Positions 18,610-27,944 of a DNA stretch of 64,000 nt are shown here, one piece after another. Every line of letters starts with the position of its first letter. The stretch's first letter is position 1. The notes below the pieces were generated by a model that searched no databases, was not told the origin of the DNA, and worked only from the letters and a program-made list of their open reading frames with translations. A program made the position numbers and the translations under genes. Source of the stretch: Collinsella sp. (GTDB lineage: Bacteria > Actinomycetota > Coriobacteriia > Coriobacteriales > Coriobacteriaceae); assembly GCA_019419605.1 (NCBI GenBank), contig DXZP01000001.1:116153-180152 (forward strand). Direction: 5' to 3'.

Positions 18610-20001
18610 ATGTTTATCGGAAGAACAGCGGAAATGTCCGAGCTCAATCGACTGTATGGCACGGGCTCCTTTGAGATGCCTGTGATTTATGGCCGCCGTC
18701 GTGTGGGCAAAACGCGCCTTATCACGGAGTTCATCCAAGGCAAGAAGGCTATTTACTTTCAAGCTCGTCGTACCAATGCAGAGGCAAACCTGCACGGCTT
18801 TAGCCAGGCGATACTTGCAGGCTCGGTTGGTGCTGCAGGCGTGTCGTTTCGTAGTTTTGACGAGGCATTCGATGCATTGGCCACCATGGCTCGCACGGAA
18901 CGTTTGATTGTCGTGATTGACGAGTATCCCTATCTCGCCCAATCGAATCCCGAGATCAGCTCGTTGCTGCAAGACAAGATCGATCACCTGTACAAAGAGA
19001 CCAGGCTCATGCTGATTCTATGCGGCTCGTCTCTTTCGTTTATGGAAGAACAGGTGCTGGGCTACGAGAGCCCGCTATACGGTAGGCGTACGGCTCAGTT
19101 TAAGATCATGCCACTCGATTTTACGACGACCCTCGGTCTGTGGCAGGGCATGGATCGCGAAGATGCAGCGGTTTGCTACGGCATGACGGGCGGCATTCCC
19201 GCATATATCGAGAAAGTCAATCCTGCCGCGCCGCTCAAGGACAACATCAAACGTCTTTTTCTTACTCCTACGGGCTATCTCTTTGAGGAACCGAGTAACC
19301 TGCTGTTGCAAGAGTGCCGCAATCCCGAGCAATATGATGCGATCGTGCAAGCAATTGCTCAGGGGCGCTCGAAGATCTCGGAGATTGCGAGCTCTACGGG
19401 AATCCCTGCGAGCAACGTAAAGAGCTATGTGGATAAGCTGGCGTCGCTTGGGATTGTCGAGCGCGAGCTGCCCCTAAACGAGACGAGCAATAAGCGGGCT
19501 GTGTATCTGCTGAGCGACCAGATGTTTAGGTTCTGGTACAAGTTTGTGCCGCAGAACATTGGGCTGATTCAAAACGATATGGCCGAGATGGCGTATAAGC
19601 GCATTGAGCCGCACGTATCGGATTACATGGGTACGGTCTTTGAGCTTATATGCAGACAATACGTGTACGAACTCGCGCGCGCGGGCCAGCTCGATGTGGT
19701 TCCGGCGAGCGTCGGGCGCTGGTGGGGGACGGACAATCGCACGCATACGCAGGAAGAAATCGACTTGATTGTTGACGATGGCGAGGGCGCTGCGCTGTTT
19801 GCGGAGTGCAAATGGCGCAATGAACCGGTGGGCGAGGATGTTCTGGAAAAGCTCGTGTACCGAAGCGAGCTCTTTAGGCGGCAGCATAAAAGCTACGTGA
19901 TCTTCTCGAAGCGTGGCTTTACGCAAGGATGTCAGGAAGCTGCAGCGAGCAGGGGAGATGCCAAGCTGATTTCGTTTGCCGAGATGTGCGAGCGGAGATA
20001 G
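18610..20001 (+). CDS. AAA+ ATPase (archaeal ATPase-like) with winged HTH and C-terminal DUF234/PD-(D/E)XK domain
   Basis: MFIGR start, GRRRVGKT Walker A, IDEYPY Walker B, CGSS, GGIPAY, EIDL...FAECKW. Confidence 0.88.
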   Translation: MFIGRTAEMSELNRLYGTGSFEMPVIYGRRRVGKTRLITEFIQGKKAIYFQARRTNAEANLHGFSQAILAGSVGAAGVSFRSFDEAFDALATMARTERLIVVIDEYPYLAQSNPEISSLLQDKIDHLYKETRLMLILCGSSLSFMEEQVLGYESPLYGRRTAQFKIMPLDFTTTLGLWQGMDREDAAVCYGMTGGIPAYIEKVNPAAPLKDNIKRLFLTPTGYLFEEPSNLLLQECRNPEQYDAIVQAIAQGRSKISEIASSTGIPASNVKSYVDKLASLGIVERELPLNETSNKRAVYLLSDQMFRFWYKFVPQNIGLIQNDMAEMAYKRIEPHVSDYMGTVFELICRQYVYELARAGQLDVVPASVGRWWGTDNRTHTQEEIDLIVDDGEGAALFAECKWRNEPVGEDVLEKLVYRSELFRRQHKSYVIFSKRGFTQGCQEAAASRGDAKLISFAEMCERR

Positions 20002-20031
20002 CCAAGCGCGCTCTGATGTGATGCTCGGAAT

Positions 20032-20066
20032 GGGACGCGCTTTCCCTTTGGCGGAAAGCACGTCCC
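20032..20066. repeat. Single hairpin of the 62-bp family, cluster 3
   Basis: GGGACGCGCTTTCC-ctttggc-GGAAAGCACGTCCC, preceded by GCTCGGAAT and followed by AGAAT. Confidence 0.85.
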
Positions 20067-20124
20067 AGAATCCGGGCAATTCGCTGGTCCAGTGGTTGAG
20101 CAAGCGCCGCGCCAAGGATGCCGA

Positions 20125-20185
20125 GCGTAAAACCTACAATGAAAACGGCGTAAAAACTGCATTGAGAATGGCGTAATTTCGCAGG
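20125..20185. repeat. Degenerate 23-bp tandem repeat (about 2.5 copies)
   Basis: GCGTAA at 20125, 20148, 20171; units 1 and 2 share 18/23 bases. Confidence 0.65.
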
Positions 20186-20229
20186 ATGACGTCGCCCGCT
20201 GGTGCTGCAGGAGCGGTGACCTGCAAACC

Positions 20230-20740
20230 TTGGGTTTTCGGACGAGCTTGTGCGAGAGAGCAAGCCAGTATGTGCGCTCGAAGGCCCGCGTTCGCGTGCG
20301 CCCCAAGCGCTACTTCTGCGACCCGTCACTTGCGGCGGCGTTGCTGGGGGCTACCCCTGAGCGGTTGCTTGGCGATATGCAAACGTTGGGGATGCTCTTT
20401 GAGAACCTCGTTCTGCGCGACGTGCGCGTGTTCCTTTCCACCTACGGCGGTGTCAACAACAGTGTCCATTATTTCCGAGATGAGAAGGGCCTTGAGGTCG
20501 ATCTGATCGTTGAGCACGACGGGCACTAGGGAGCCATCGAGGTCAAGCTGAGTGATGCGAAAGCAGACGATGGAGCGAGAAATCTCAAGGCGCTGGAGAG
20601 GAAAGTGCTCTCAAATCCTGCTGCCCAGAATGCCGCGCCGGCGTTTTTGGCGGTCGTGGTTGGAAAGGGGAGCATCGCCTACACGCGCGACGACGGCGTG
20701 GCGGTGATCCCCATGGCGGCATTTGGGGCATGGTGGTTTT
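20230..20740 (+). pseudogene. C-terminal fragment of AAA_14/DUF4143 ATPase, with in-frame stop
   Basis: PKRYFCDPSLA, GMLFENLV, YFRDEKGLEVDLIVE, then TAG at 20527-20529 in frame with GAIEVKLS...GVAVIP; N-terminal ATPase domain absent; ends approximate. Confidence 0.82.
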
Positions 20741-21062
20741 GCGGGTGCGCCGTGCCTCCATTACCGAAAATCCATTTGTTAAACCCGGCGCCCGCGGATA
20801 GAATGAGGTCGACGGCAGCCCAAGTAGAGTGGAGCTGGGCAGCGCCGTTGCTTGGTCAAGAGGTCAGTGCCTTAATGGCAGCGACTTGTTATGCTTCGAA
20901 TGCTGCTTGAGTGCCTCGGAAAGTTCGATAAGCGCCGTGAAGAGCGAGACCAAAGCAACCAAGAGCTCTGTGAGCTCTGATGGGCCCGGGATGACCGCTG
21001 ATTCAAGTCACCGGGCCTAAATCTTTTTCATGCATTTGAATAGAGCGAGCGACTCTCTTGGG

Positions 21063-21085
21063 GCTGTCTGCGTGGCGCGTGCCTG
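21063..21085. repeat. 23-bp direct repeat, copy 1
   Basis: GCTGTCTGCGTGGCGCGTGCCTG; 22/23 identical to 21935-21957. Confidence 0.8.
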
Positions 21086-21190
21086 GTGCATGGCATTGCG
21101 CCCCGCTTTTGTGTCCGCACGGGCGCCTATCCTTACGGCAATGTAGCCGCCTATGTAACGAGCGACAGTTGACGGAGAAAGGCCCTGACC

Positions 21191-21925
21191 GTGCCAGACA
21201 AAAAGACGCCGGGTATCTCGGCTATCGATACGACGAACTTTGCGCGCCAGATTGTGCTGGACTTTGAGTTTGTGCCGGTGCCAAAGCAGCGCCAGCGCCG
21301 TGGGCTGCGCAACGAGATTATCGAAGTCAGCGCCGTCAAGCTCGATTACCACGGCAACGTTATGGGCGAGTTCTCGCAGTTTGTGCAGACGGAATTTACC
21401 GAAGGCGTTGCGTTTCCCGTCCGCGAGCTTACGGGGATATCGGCCGTGGACACCGCGATGGTCGATCCGCTCTATGTGGTGATCAAAAGGCTCAGCGATT
21501 GGATCGGTCGCTACTCCGCCCAGGTGGTTTGCTGGAGCGGGACGGACCGTCGACAGCTTTTGACCGAGTGCCAGGCAAAGCACATCGACCTTTCCGCATT
21601 TCCTACGGATTGGGCCGACTTGCAGGCGTTTTACACCTCGATCATGGACGTGGGCAGCCACGGGTGCGTCTCTTTGAGTGACACGGCGATGTGGTTTGGC
21701 ATCGAGTTCGACGAGTCGACGGGCCACGCCCATAGTGCCCTGGCCGATGCGCACGTGACCGCCAAGCTGCTCAAGCAGATGATGGACGGGGAATACCGCG
21801 TGAGCCCGCGCGCCCAGGAAGTCCGCCAGCGGTGGGTGATGGGCGAGCGAGTCCAGACGCGCCTTTCCAACAAGTGCCCCGAGCTGGGTGACCTGCTGCT
21901 GAAGCTGAAGGCGGAGGGGAGGTAG
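21191..21925 (+). CDS. DEDDh 3'-5' exonuclease (DnaQ/ERI1/KapD-like)
   Basis: VLDFEF (ExoI), EIIEVSAVK, WSGTD (ExoII), HSALADA (ExoIII). Confidence 0.85.
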   Translation: MPDKKTPGISAIDTTNFARQIVLDFEFVPVPKQRQRRGLRNEIIEVSAVKLDYHGNVMGEFSQFVQTEFTEGVAFPVRELTGISAVDTAMVDPLYVVIKRLSDWIGRYSAQVVCWSGTDRRQLLTECQAKHIDLSAFPTDWADLQAFYTSIMDVGSHGCVSLSDTAMWFGIEFDESTGHAHSALADAHVTAKLLKQMMDGEYRVSPRAQEVRQRWVMGERVQTRLSNKCPELGDLLLKLKAEGR

Positions 21926-21934
21926 GGGGCGTTA

Positions 21935-21957
21935 GCTGTCTGCGTAGCGCGTGCCTG
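21935..21957. repeat. 23-bp direct repeat, copy 2
   Basis: GCTGTCTGCGTAGCGCGTGCCTG, 10 bp after the exonuclease stop. Confidence 0.8.
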
Positions 21958-21967
21958 TCGCGTATCG

Positions 21968-23203
21968 CTACTCTTCCCGCTGCTTGGCAGGCAGGATGTA
22001 GACGTTCTCGGCGTCCACGGCAATCTGCGCGGGATGGTTGTAGAGGGTGTCTACTTCCATTACGCTTTGCTTGAACGGCGCAACGTCGGGCGTCTTTGCC
22101 TGATGGAGCTTCTCGAGGAGTTTCTCAGATTGCCTGTCGTTGAACCTGCCGATGTCCTCTCCTGCACCCTCGAGTGCCTCGTCGATGAGCGTATGTTCGC
22201 CCACGGGGGTCTTTGCGATGGCGTGACCGAGCAATTTGCCCGCGGACGCGATGCTGCCCAGCAGTGCCGCATCGACGGTGTCGGCAGTTCCCGCCTCGAG
22301 GGCGTCGTAACACTCGGTGTAGAGCTCGCGATACGCAATCGAATCGGCCTCGATCTTCGCGGCGGCGTCCGCGAGCTTTGCGGGCTCGAAGTTCTGGGCG
22401 AGCATGGGTTCGAGGAACAGCGAGAACGCGTGGATGTAGGTGGCGAGCTGGCAGTCTTTGAGGTAGTCGAGCACCTTGTCGAGGCGTCTGCCCAAGCCGT
22501 CTCGCACCTCGATGAACCCTTTCTTTTTCAGATCCGCCTGCGCCTGCGAGCGGAAGAGTTCCATGTCCTGCGCGGACGACTGCTTGATGTCGAGCACCTT
22601 CATATGGGCGTTTGCCATGTAGGTGGCGTTGCCGTAGTTGAGGCCGTAACCGTTGAGGATGTCTGCAAGTGTCTTGAGGTTGCCACGCATGTTGGCCTTG
22701 TCGCGCTGGCGCATGTACTCGAACATTTCGTCGACGGACTCCTGGATGGAGTCGAGCTTTTGGTTTATCTGCGCGATTGCGGCTGCCATGAACAGCGACG
22801 TCGGGTCGTAGGGCACTTGCGTGACGCTCGTGGCGATATCGCCCTCGACTACATGGAAGCGCGCCTGCCCAAGGCCCTTGGCGGCGTCGCGGTAGCCCCC
22901 TGTGAGACCGCTACCGTCCTTGAACGAGTTGAGTTTCGACGGGTCAAGCGGATTGCCATATTTGTCAGTCACCTGGAGCAGAGTGGGTACGCTCACCGTA
23001 TTGGTGACGGTGCGGAACGTCGAGGGGAGTGAGGCGAGCGCTATGCCGAGCTGGGGGACTCGTTCGAGCGGGAGCTTGATGGCGCCGGAGACGTCTGCCC
23101 GCTCCTGAGTGAGCGCGAGGTGGATTTTGGTGGATGCGAGCTGTTTTGCCACGAGCTCCTCTCGGCCGTCGTCCGCCGAGGGTTTGGTCTCGTTGTCTGC
23201 CAT
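21968..23203 (-). CDS. Hypothetical helical/coiled-coil protein
   Basis: 411-aa ORF, AAGGAG RBS, coding-like codon use; no family recognised. Confidence 0.75.
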   Translation of the reverse strand: MADNETKPSADDGREELVAKQLASTKIHLALTQERADVSGAIKLPLERVPQLGIALASLPSTFRTVTNTVSVPTLLQVTDKYGNPLDPSKLNSFKDGSGLTGGYRDAAKGLGQARFHVVEGDIATSVTQVPYDPTSLFMAAAIAQINQKLDSIQESVDEMFEYMRQRDKANMRGNLKTLADILNGYGLNYGNATYMANAHMKVLDIKQSSAQDMELFRSQAQADLKKKGFIEVRDGLGRRLDKVLDYLKDCQLATYIHAFSLFLEPMLAQNFEPAKLADAAAKIEADSIAYRELYTECYDALEAGTADTVDAALLGSIASAGKLLGHAIAKTPVGEHTLIDEALEGAGEDIGRFNDRQSEKLLEKLHQAKTPDVAPFKQSVMEVDTLYNHPAQIAVDAENVYILPAKQREE

Positions 23204-23472
23204 AGCGCGCTCCTTGCTTACGTTAATAGTCGCGGGCATTATCTCACCGTTGTGTGACCTGCTGGGACGGAACGGATTAGCGGTAGTACGAGGTCGATTG
23301 ACGGTCGAGGTACGTCAGCCGTATGGGCTTTCCCGCGTGCACCCATGCCGGCAAGCCTGCGTTCGATGCCGCTTGTCGAGGCCGAATGTAGGATGTTTGA
23401 TATCACACGTATAATTGCGCTTGTTTAGCTGTGCGAATGCGTCCCGAAGCTATTTTTGCAGGAGGTTTCGGT

Positions 23473-24186
23473 ATGGGCAAAAGTGACAATGCGAGCGAGT
23501 TCCTTGATCTCTATAGAAGGCTTGAGGGGTGCATCCGCGAGCATTATGACGTGCCGGAAAAACACGGTCCTGTGGCTTGGCTTGGCAGAAACCCCGGCAG
23601 GGCATTCAAGAACGTTGCCGGGGCTCTCAAATATTGCGCGGAAGTTCGCAACCTGCTCGCGCACCAGGAGAGCGTCGATGGTGACTACGCCGTTGAGCCG
23701 AGCGACTCGATGCTGACACTCCTGCGCAATACGTTTGCTGCAGTCGAGAATCCTCCCAAAGCAATCGACCACGCCGTGCCTATGCAGAGTGTGCTCTCGG
23801 CCACTGCGGAGAATCGCGTGAGGCCTGTTCTGCGCGAGATGGCGGAAAAATGCTACACCCACGTACCTATCCTGGAGGATGGCATCGTCCGCGGTGTGTT
23901 CAGCGAGAACACGCTGCTCTCGTACCTGTACGGAGAGGAGATTGTCTGCATTGACGACGAGACGACATTCTCTTCGCTTGCCGAGCTGCTCCCAGTGGAC
24001 GCTCATGTCTCTGAATCGTTTAGGTTCGTGCCACGTACGATAACGCTCACAGAGGTTGCGGAGATGTTCGCGGTGGCGATGCGCCGTGCTGACCGCATTG
24101 GCATGGTGTTTATCACGCATAGCGGTAAGCCCAGCGAGAAGGTTCTTGGGATTATCACCGCTTGGGATGTTGCGGCCTATCTGTAG
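23473..24186 (+). CDS. HEPN-like N-terminal domain + CBS domain pair
   Basis: FLDLYRRLE...VRNLLAH (Rx4H); CBS motifs YTHVPIL..GIVRGVFS and VLGIITAWDV; GGAGG RBS, TATAAT at 23410. Confidence 0.75.
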   Translation: MGKSDNASEFLDLYRRLEGCIREHYDVPEKHGPVAWLGRNPGRAFKNVAGALKYCAEVRNLLAHQESVDGDYAVEPSDSMLTLLRNTFAAVENPPKAIDHAVPMQSVLSATAENRVRPVLREMAEKCYTHVPILEDGIVRGVFSENTLLSYLYGEEIVCIDDETTFSSLAELLPVDAHVSESFRFVPRTITLTEVAEMFAVAMRRADRIGMVFITHSGKPSEKVLGIITAWDVAAYL

Positions 24187-24612
24187 GAGCACGACATGCT
24201 TGATGGCTGCAGCCTTTTCCACTTTGCTTATGGTTTTGCTTTTTGTGGGTTGCCCTATTCAATCAGCCGAATCGGCGTCTCGAATGTATTTGCTTAACTT
24301 GTGCTAGCCTATTAGGAACTGGGTGTTGCGAGTGACAGGTCTGAGCAAATCGGAGCAGATACGTGGTACAGCGCTCATTTGGGACGCTTATTTGGGCTTA
24401 TATGGGGGCATCCACGAAGTACATGAACGGTGCCTATTAATTGCGCAACAAATTATTGAGGTCGTAAAGATAACCCGCTTGCCGAAATTGTCCCGACGCT
24501 TCTCTATAGTTAGGGGAAAATGGATAAAGTTTTAGCAAGGGGCCTCTGCGTCCTGAGACGATAGCAAATAAACCTGGAGTGTACTTCGTGGATATACCTG
24601 CGGATAAACTTC

Positions 24613-24622
24613 GGGGGGGGGG
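24613..24622. repeat. G10 homopolymer upstream of the RM operon
   Basis: 10 consecutive G, ending 73 bp before ATG 24696. Confidence 0.9.
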
Positions 24623-24695
24623 CGCTTCGAAGCGGGCGTTCCCTCTCGGTCAATAATGAAATAGCTTGGCACGCCGTCTTAAGGACGGTGTGCTG

Positions 24696-27600
24696 ATGGA
24701 GTTTCTCGATAACGTCGGACGCAATCGTCTGGGAGACGCGCTCGCTAAATCCATCGATGAGGGCGCCAAGCTTTCAATCATTAGCAGTTACTTTACGGTC
24801 TTTGCTTTCTCCGAGCTCAAAGAAGAGCTGGAGAAAGTTGACTCAGTGCGCTTTCTCTTTAGCGAGCCCACGTTCGTTAAGCGCATGGCTTCCGACAAAG
24901 ACCCACGTCAGTTTGCCATATCGCAATGCTCGCGCGAGCGTGGCGTGGGCGGCTTGGGTCTCGAGCTCACGCTGCGCAACAATCTCAATCAACGCGCCAT
25001 TGCCCGTGAATGCGCCGAATGGGTGCGCGCTAAGTGCGAGTTTCAATCTGCCAAGATGAACGGGGCAATTCAGCCCGGAGGTACCTATATAGTCGAGAAC
25101 CCCAATGGCGACGACCATGCTTTCATGGGTGCCGCCGCTGACTTTACCCAGGAAGGACTCGGTTACGAGCGCCGCCCCAACACCGTAATGGGCGTAAGCC
25201 ACTACGAGGGCGCGACGGAAGCTGCCGGCCTAAAGGCGATGTTTGAGTCCGTCTGGGATAAGCCTGCGATGGTCGCCGATGTTACCGATGAGGTGGCGGC
25301 CCAGGTGGGCACGCTCTACCGCGAGAATCCGCCCGAGTTTGTCTATTTTCTCACGCTTTACCACTTATTCCGCGATTACCTTTCCGACGAAGATAACGAC
25401 TTGAGGCCCGGCCTCAAGTTTGAGGAGTCCGTTGTCTGGAACAAGCTCTACGACTTCCAAAAGGACGCCGTGGTGGGCGCCATCCGTAAGCTCGAGAAGT
25501 ACAAGGGTTGCATCATCGCCGATAGCGTCGGTCTGGGTAAGACTTACGAGGCGCTCGCTGTTATTAAGTATTACCAGGAGCGCAACGACCGCATTTTGGT
25601 CCTGGCACCTAAACGCTTGCGCGATAACTGGACGCTGTGGACGCAAGATAACGATGACCGCAACCCGTTGGCGGATGATCGTCTTAATTACACTGTGCTC
25701 AATCACACCGATCTGTCCCGTTATACGGGCACGAGCGGTGATGTGGACCTGGAACACCTTCGCTGGGGCCACTACGATCTGTTGGTGATCGATGAGAGTC
25801 ACAACTTCCGTAACAAGAGCACGGATTCCGAGAAAAAAGACCGCTACACGCGACTTATCGAGGACGTAATTAAGAGTGGACGGCGCACCAAGGTGCTGAT
25901 GCTCTCGGCTACGCCTGTGAACAATCGTCTGCTGGACCTCCGCAACCAGATTGAGCTCATCACCGAGGGCGATGATGCGTATCTGGCGGATACTGACGGC
26001 ATTGAGTCGATTACTCAGGTATGCCGTACCGCACAAACGCGCTTCAACGAGTGGAGCAAGCTCGACGATGCCGAGCGCACCACCGAGAGCTTCGTCAACG
26101 CCGTCAACGCCGATTACTTTAAGCTGCTCGACGTGCTTACCATCGCGCGCAGCCGCAAGCATATCTCTAAGTACTATGGCGCCGCTTCGGGTACGTTCCC
26201 ACAGCGTCGCAAGCCCCTCTCTATTACCACGCCAATCGATTTGGCGGGGGAGCTTCCGCCTATCGCTGAGCTCAATGACATGATCGCTCAGCTCACGTTT
26301 GCGCAGTATCAGCTGCTTTCTTATGTACGCAGCGATAAGCGTCGTAAGTACGAGGATCGTTACGGCGACACCTGGGGCAAGGACTTTGAGAGCCAGGTTC
26401 ACCGTACGGGTGCTGTTGCCAACCTTATGCGCGTAAACGTGCTCAAGCGAATGGAATCTTCGGTTAACAGTTTCCGAATTACGCTCTCGCGCATCCTGGC
26501 GGGATGCGAGGAGCTCCGCGCACAGCTCAATGACCCTGCGGCCATGGGAGCGGGCAGCTATGATGCGGCGGGCATCGAGGATGGCATGGATGACGATGAC
26601 GCCGAGGAAATCGAGTGCGGTGGAAAGGTTCGCGTTGACCTGCGCGATGTTGATGCCTTGCGTCTGGGCAGCGATTTAGACTTTGACATCACCGTGCTGC
26701 ACCGTCTGCTCGACTACGCCAATGCCGTAACACCCGAGCGTGATGCCAAGTTGGATGAGCTCTACAAGTTCATAGTCGATAAGGTCAATAACCCCTACAA
26801 CCCCGGCAACCGCAAAGTGCTCGTATTCACGGCGTTTGCGGACACGGCGGACTATCTATTTGAGCAGCTGGCGCCCCGCCTTAAGAACGAGCTCGGCCTT
26901 GAGTGTGCCGAGGTTGCCGGAAGTGCAAATCGCACTTACTCGCTTAAGTTGCGCCGCACCACCTTCGAGAACATCCTGGCGTACTTTAGTCCGCGCTCCA
27001 AGGAGCTGCCCGAGGCGTCTCTCGCTGCAGGCGAAATCGATGTTGTCTTTGCCACGGACTGCATCTCCGAGGGCCAAAATCTTCAGGACTGCGACTGTCT
27101 CGTCAACTATGACATTCACTGGAATCCGGTGCGCATTATCCAGCGCTTTGGTCGTATCGACCGTTTGGGCTCCATCAACACGCAAATTCAGTTGGTGGAC
27201 TTTTGGCCCGACATCGCACTCGATGAGTACATTCAACTCGAAAGCCGCGTGAAGGGCCGTATGGCCCTGCTTGACGCTTCTGCCACCGGCGAGGAGAACG
27301 TGCTGGAGTCCAAAGCAACGGGCGAGATGAACGACCTCAAGTATCGTCGCCAGCAACTTCAGCAGCTCAAGAGCGAGGTGCTGGACCTGGAGGATATTTC
27401 AGGCGGCATCTCGATCACCGACTTCGCCTTTGATGATTTTCGTGTTGAATTGCAGCGCTATGAAAAGGAACACCCGGGTCTTTTAGAAAATTCGCCGGCT
27501 GGTATGCATGCGGTGGCGCGCATTCCCGATGAACTGCGTGATTCCGTCGCGCCGGGCGTGGTGTTCTGTTTGGCGCAAAACGATGAGAATGCGAACCCCA

Positions 27601-27944
27601 GGGACACGAATCCTACCTTCCCGTATTACGTGGTGTACGTATCGGCTGACGGCGATGTGATGACCAAGCATACACAGCCCAAGCATGCGCTCGATATGAT
27701 GCGCGCCTGTTGTGCGGGCGAATCCGAGCCAATTGCGGAGCTATGTCGCGACTTTAACCGCGAGACACGCGACGGCGAGCGTATGGGCGCTTATACCGAG
27801 CTCTTGGACAAAGTGGTTGCCACCATTAGCGGCGTGCAGCAGGACAAGGGCATTGAGAACCTGTTCTCGCTGGGTGAAGTGGGAACGGGTACGAGCCTTG
27901 GCTTCGACGATTACTCGCTGATCAGTTTTGCGGTGTTGCGATGA
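24696..27944 (+). CDS. SNF2-family helicase with N-terminal PLD-like domain
   Basis: IADSVGLGKT, VIDESHNFRN, LSATP, SEGQNLQ, QRFGRIDRLG. Confidence 0.9.
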   Translation: MEFLDNVGRNRLGDALAKSIDEGAKLSIISSYFTVFAFSELKEELEKVDSVRFLFSEPTFVKRMASDKDPRQFAISQCSRERGVGGLGLELTLRNNLNQRAIARECAEWVRAKCEFQSAKMNGAIQPGGTYIVENPNGDDHAFMGAAADFTQEGLGYERRPNTVMGVSHYEGATEAAGLKAMFESVWDKPAMVADVTDEVAAQVGTLYRENPPEFVYFLTLYHLFRDYLSDEDNDLRPGLKFEESVVWNKLYDFQKDAVVGAIRKLEKYKGCIIADSVGLGKTYEALAVIKYYQERNDRILVLAPKRLRDNWTLWTQDNDDRNPLADDRLNYTVLNHTDLSRYTGTSGDVDLEHLRWGHYDLLVIDESHNFRNKSTDSEKKDRYTRLIEDVIKSGRRTKVLMLSATPVNNRLLDLRNQIELITEGDDAYLADTDGIESITQVCRTAQTRFNEWSKLDDAERTTESFVNAVNADYFKLLDVLTIARSRKHISKYYGAASGTFPQRRKPLSITTPIDLAGELPPIAELNDMIAQLTFAQYQLLSYVRSDKRRKYEDRYGDTWGKDFESQVHRTGAVANLMRVNVLKRMESSVNSFRITLSRILAGCEELRAQLNDPAAMGAGSYDAAGIEDGMDDDDAEEIECGGKVRVDLRDVDALRLGSDLDFDITVLHRLLDYANAVTPERDAKLDELYKFIVDKVNNPYNPGNRKVLVFTAFADTADYLFEQLAPRLKNELGLECAEVAGSANRTYSLKLRRTTFENILAYFSPRSKELPEASLAAGEIDVVFATDCISEGQNLQDCDCLVNYDIHWNPVRIIQRFGRIDRLGSINTQIQLVDFWPDIALDEYIQLESRVKGRMALLDASATGEENVLESKATGEMNDLKYRRQQLQQLKSEVLDLEDISGGISITDFAFDDFRVELQRYEKEHPGLLENSPAGMHAVARIPDELRDSVAPGVVFCLAQNDENANPRDTNPTFPYYVVYVSADGDVMTKHTQPKHALDMMRACCAGESEPIAELCRDFNRETRDGERMGAYTELLDKVVATISGVQQDKGIENLFSLGEVGTGTSLGFDDYSLISFAVLR

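Noticed and set aside
20527..20529. TAG readthrough/pyrrolysine in the DUF4143 fragment
   Set aside because: The position fits a TGG-to-TAG mutation, the gene lacks its N-terminal half, and no pyl genes are visible.
24190..24600. Small ORFs in the AT-richer spacer before the RM operon
   Set aside because: No RBS or recognisable motifs; likely non-coding or a decayed remnant.
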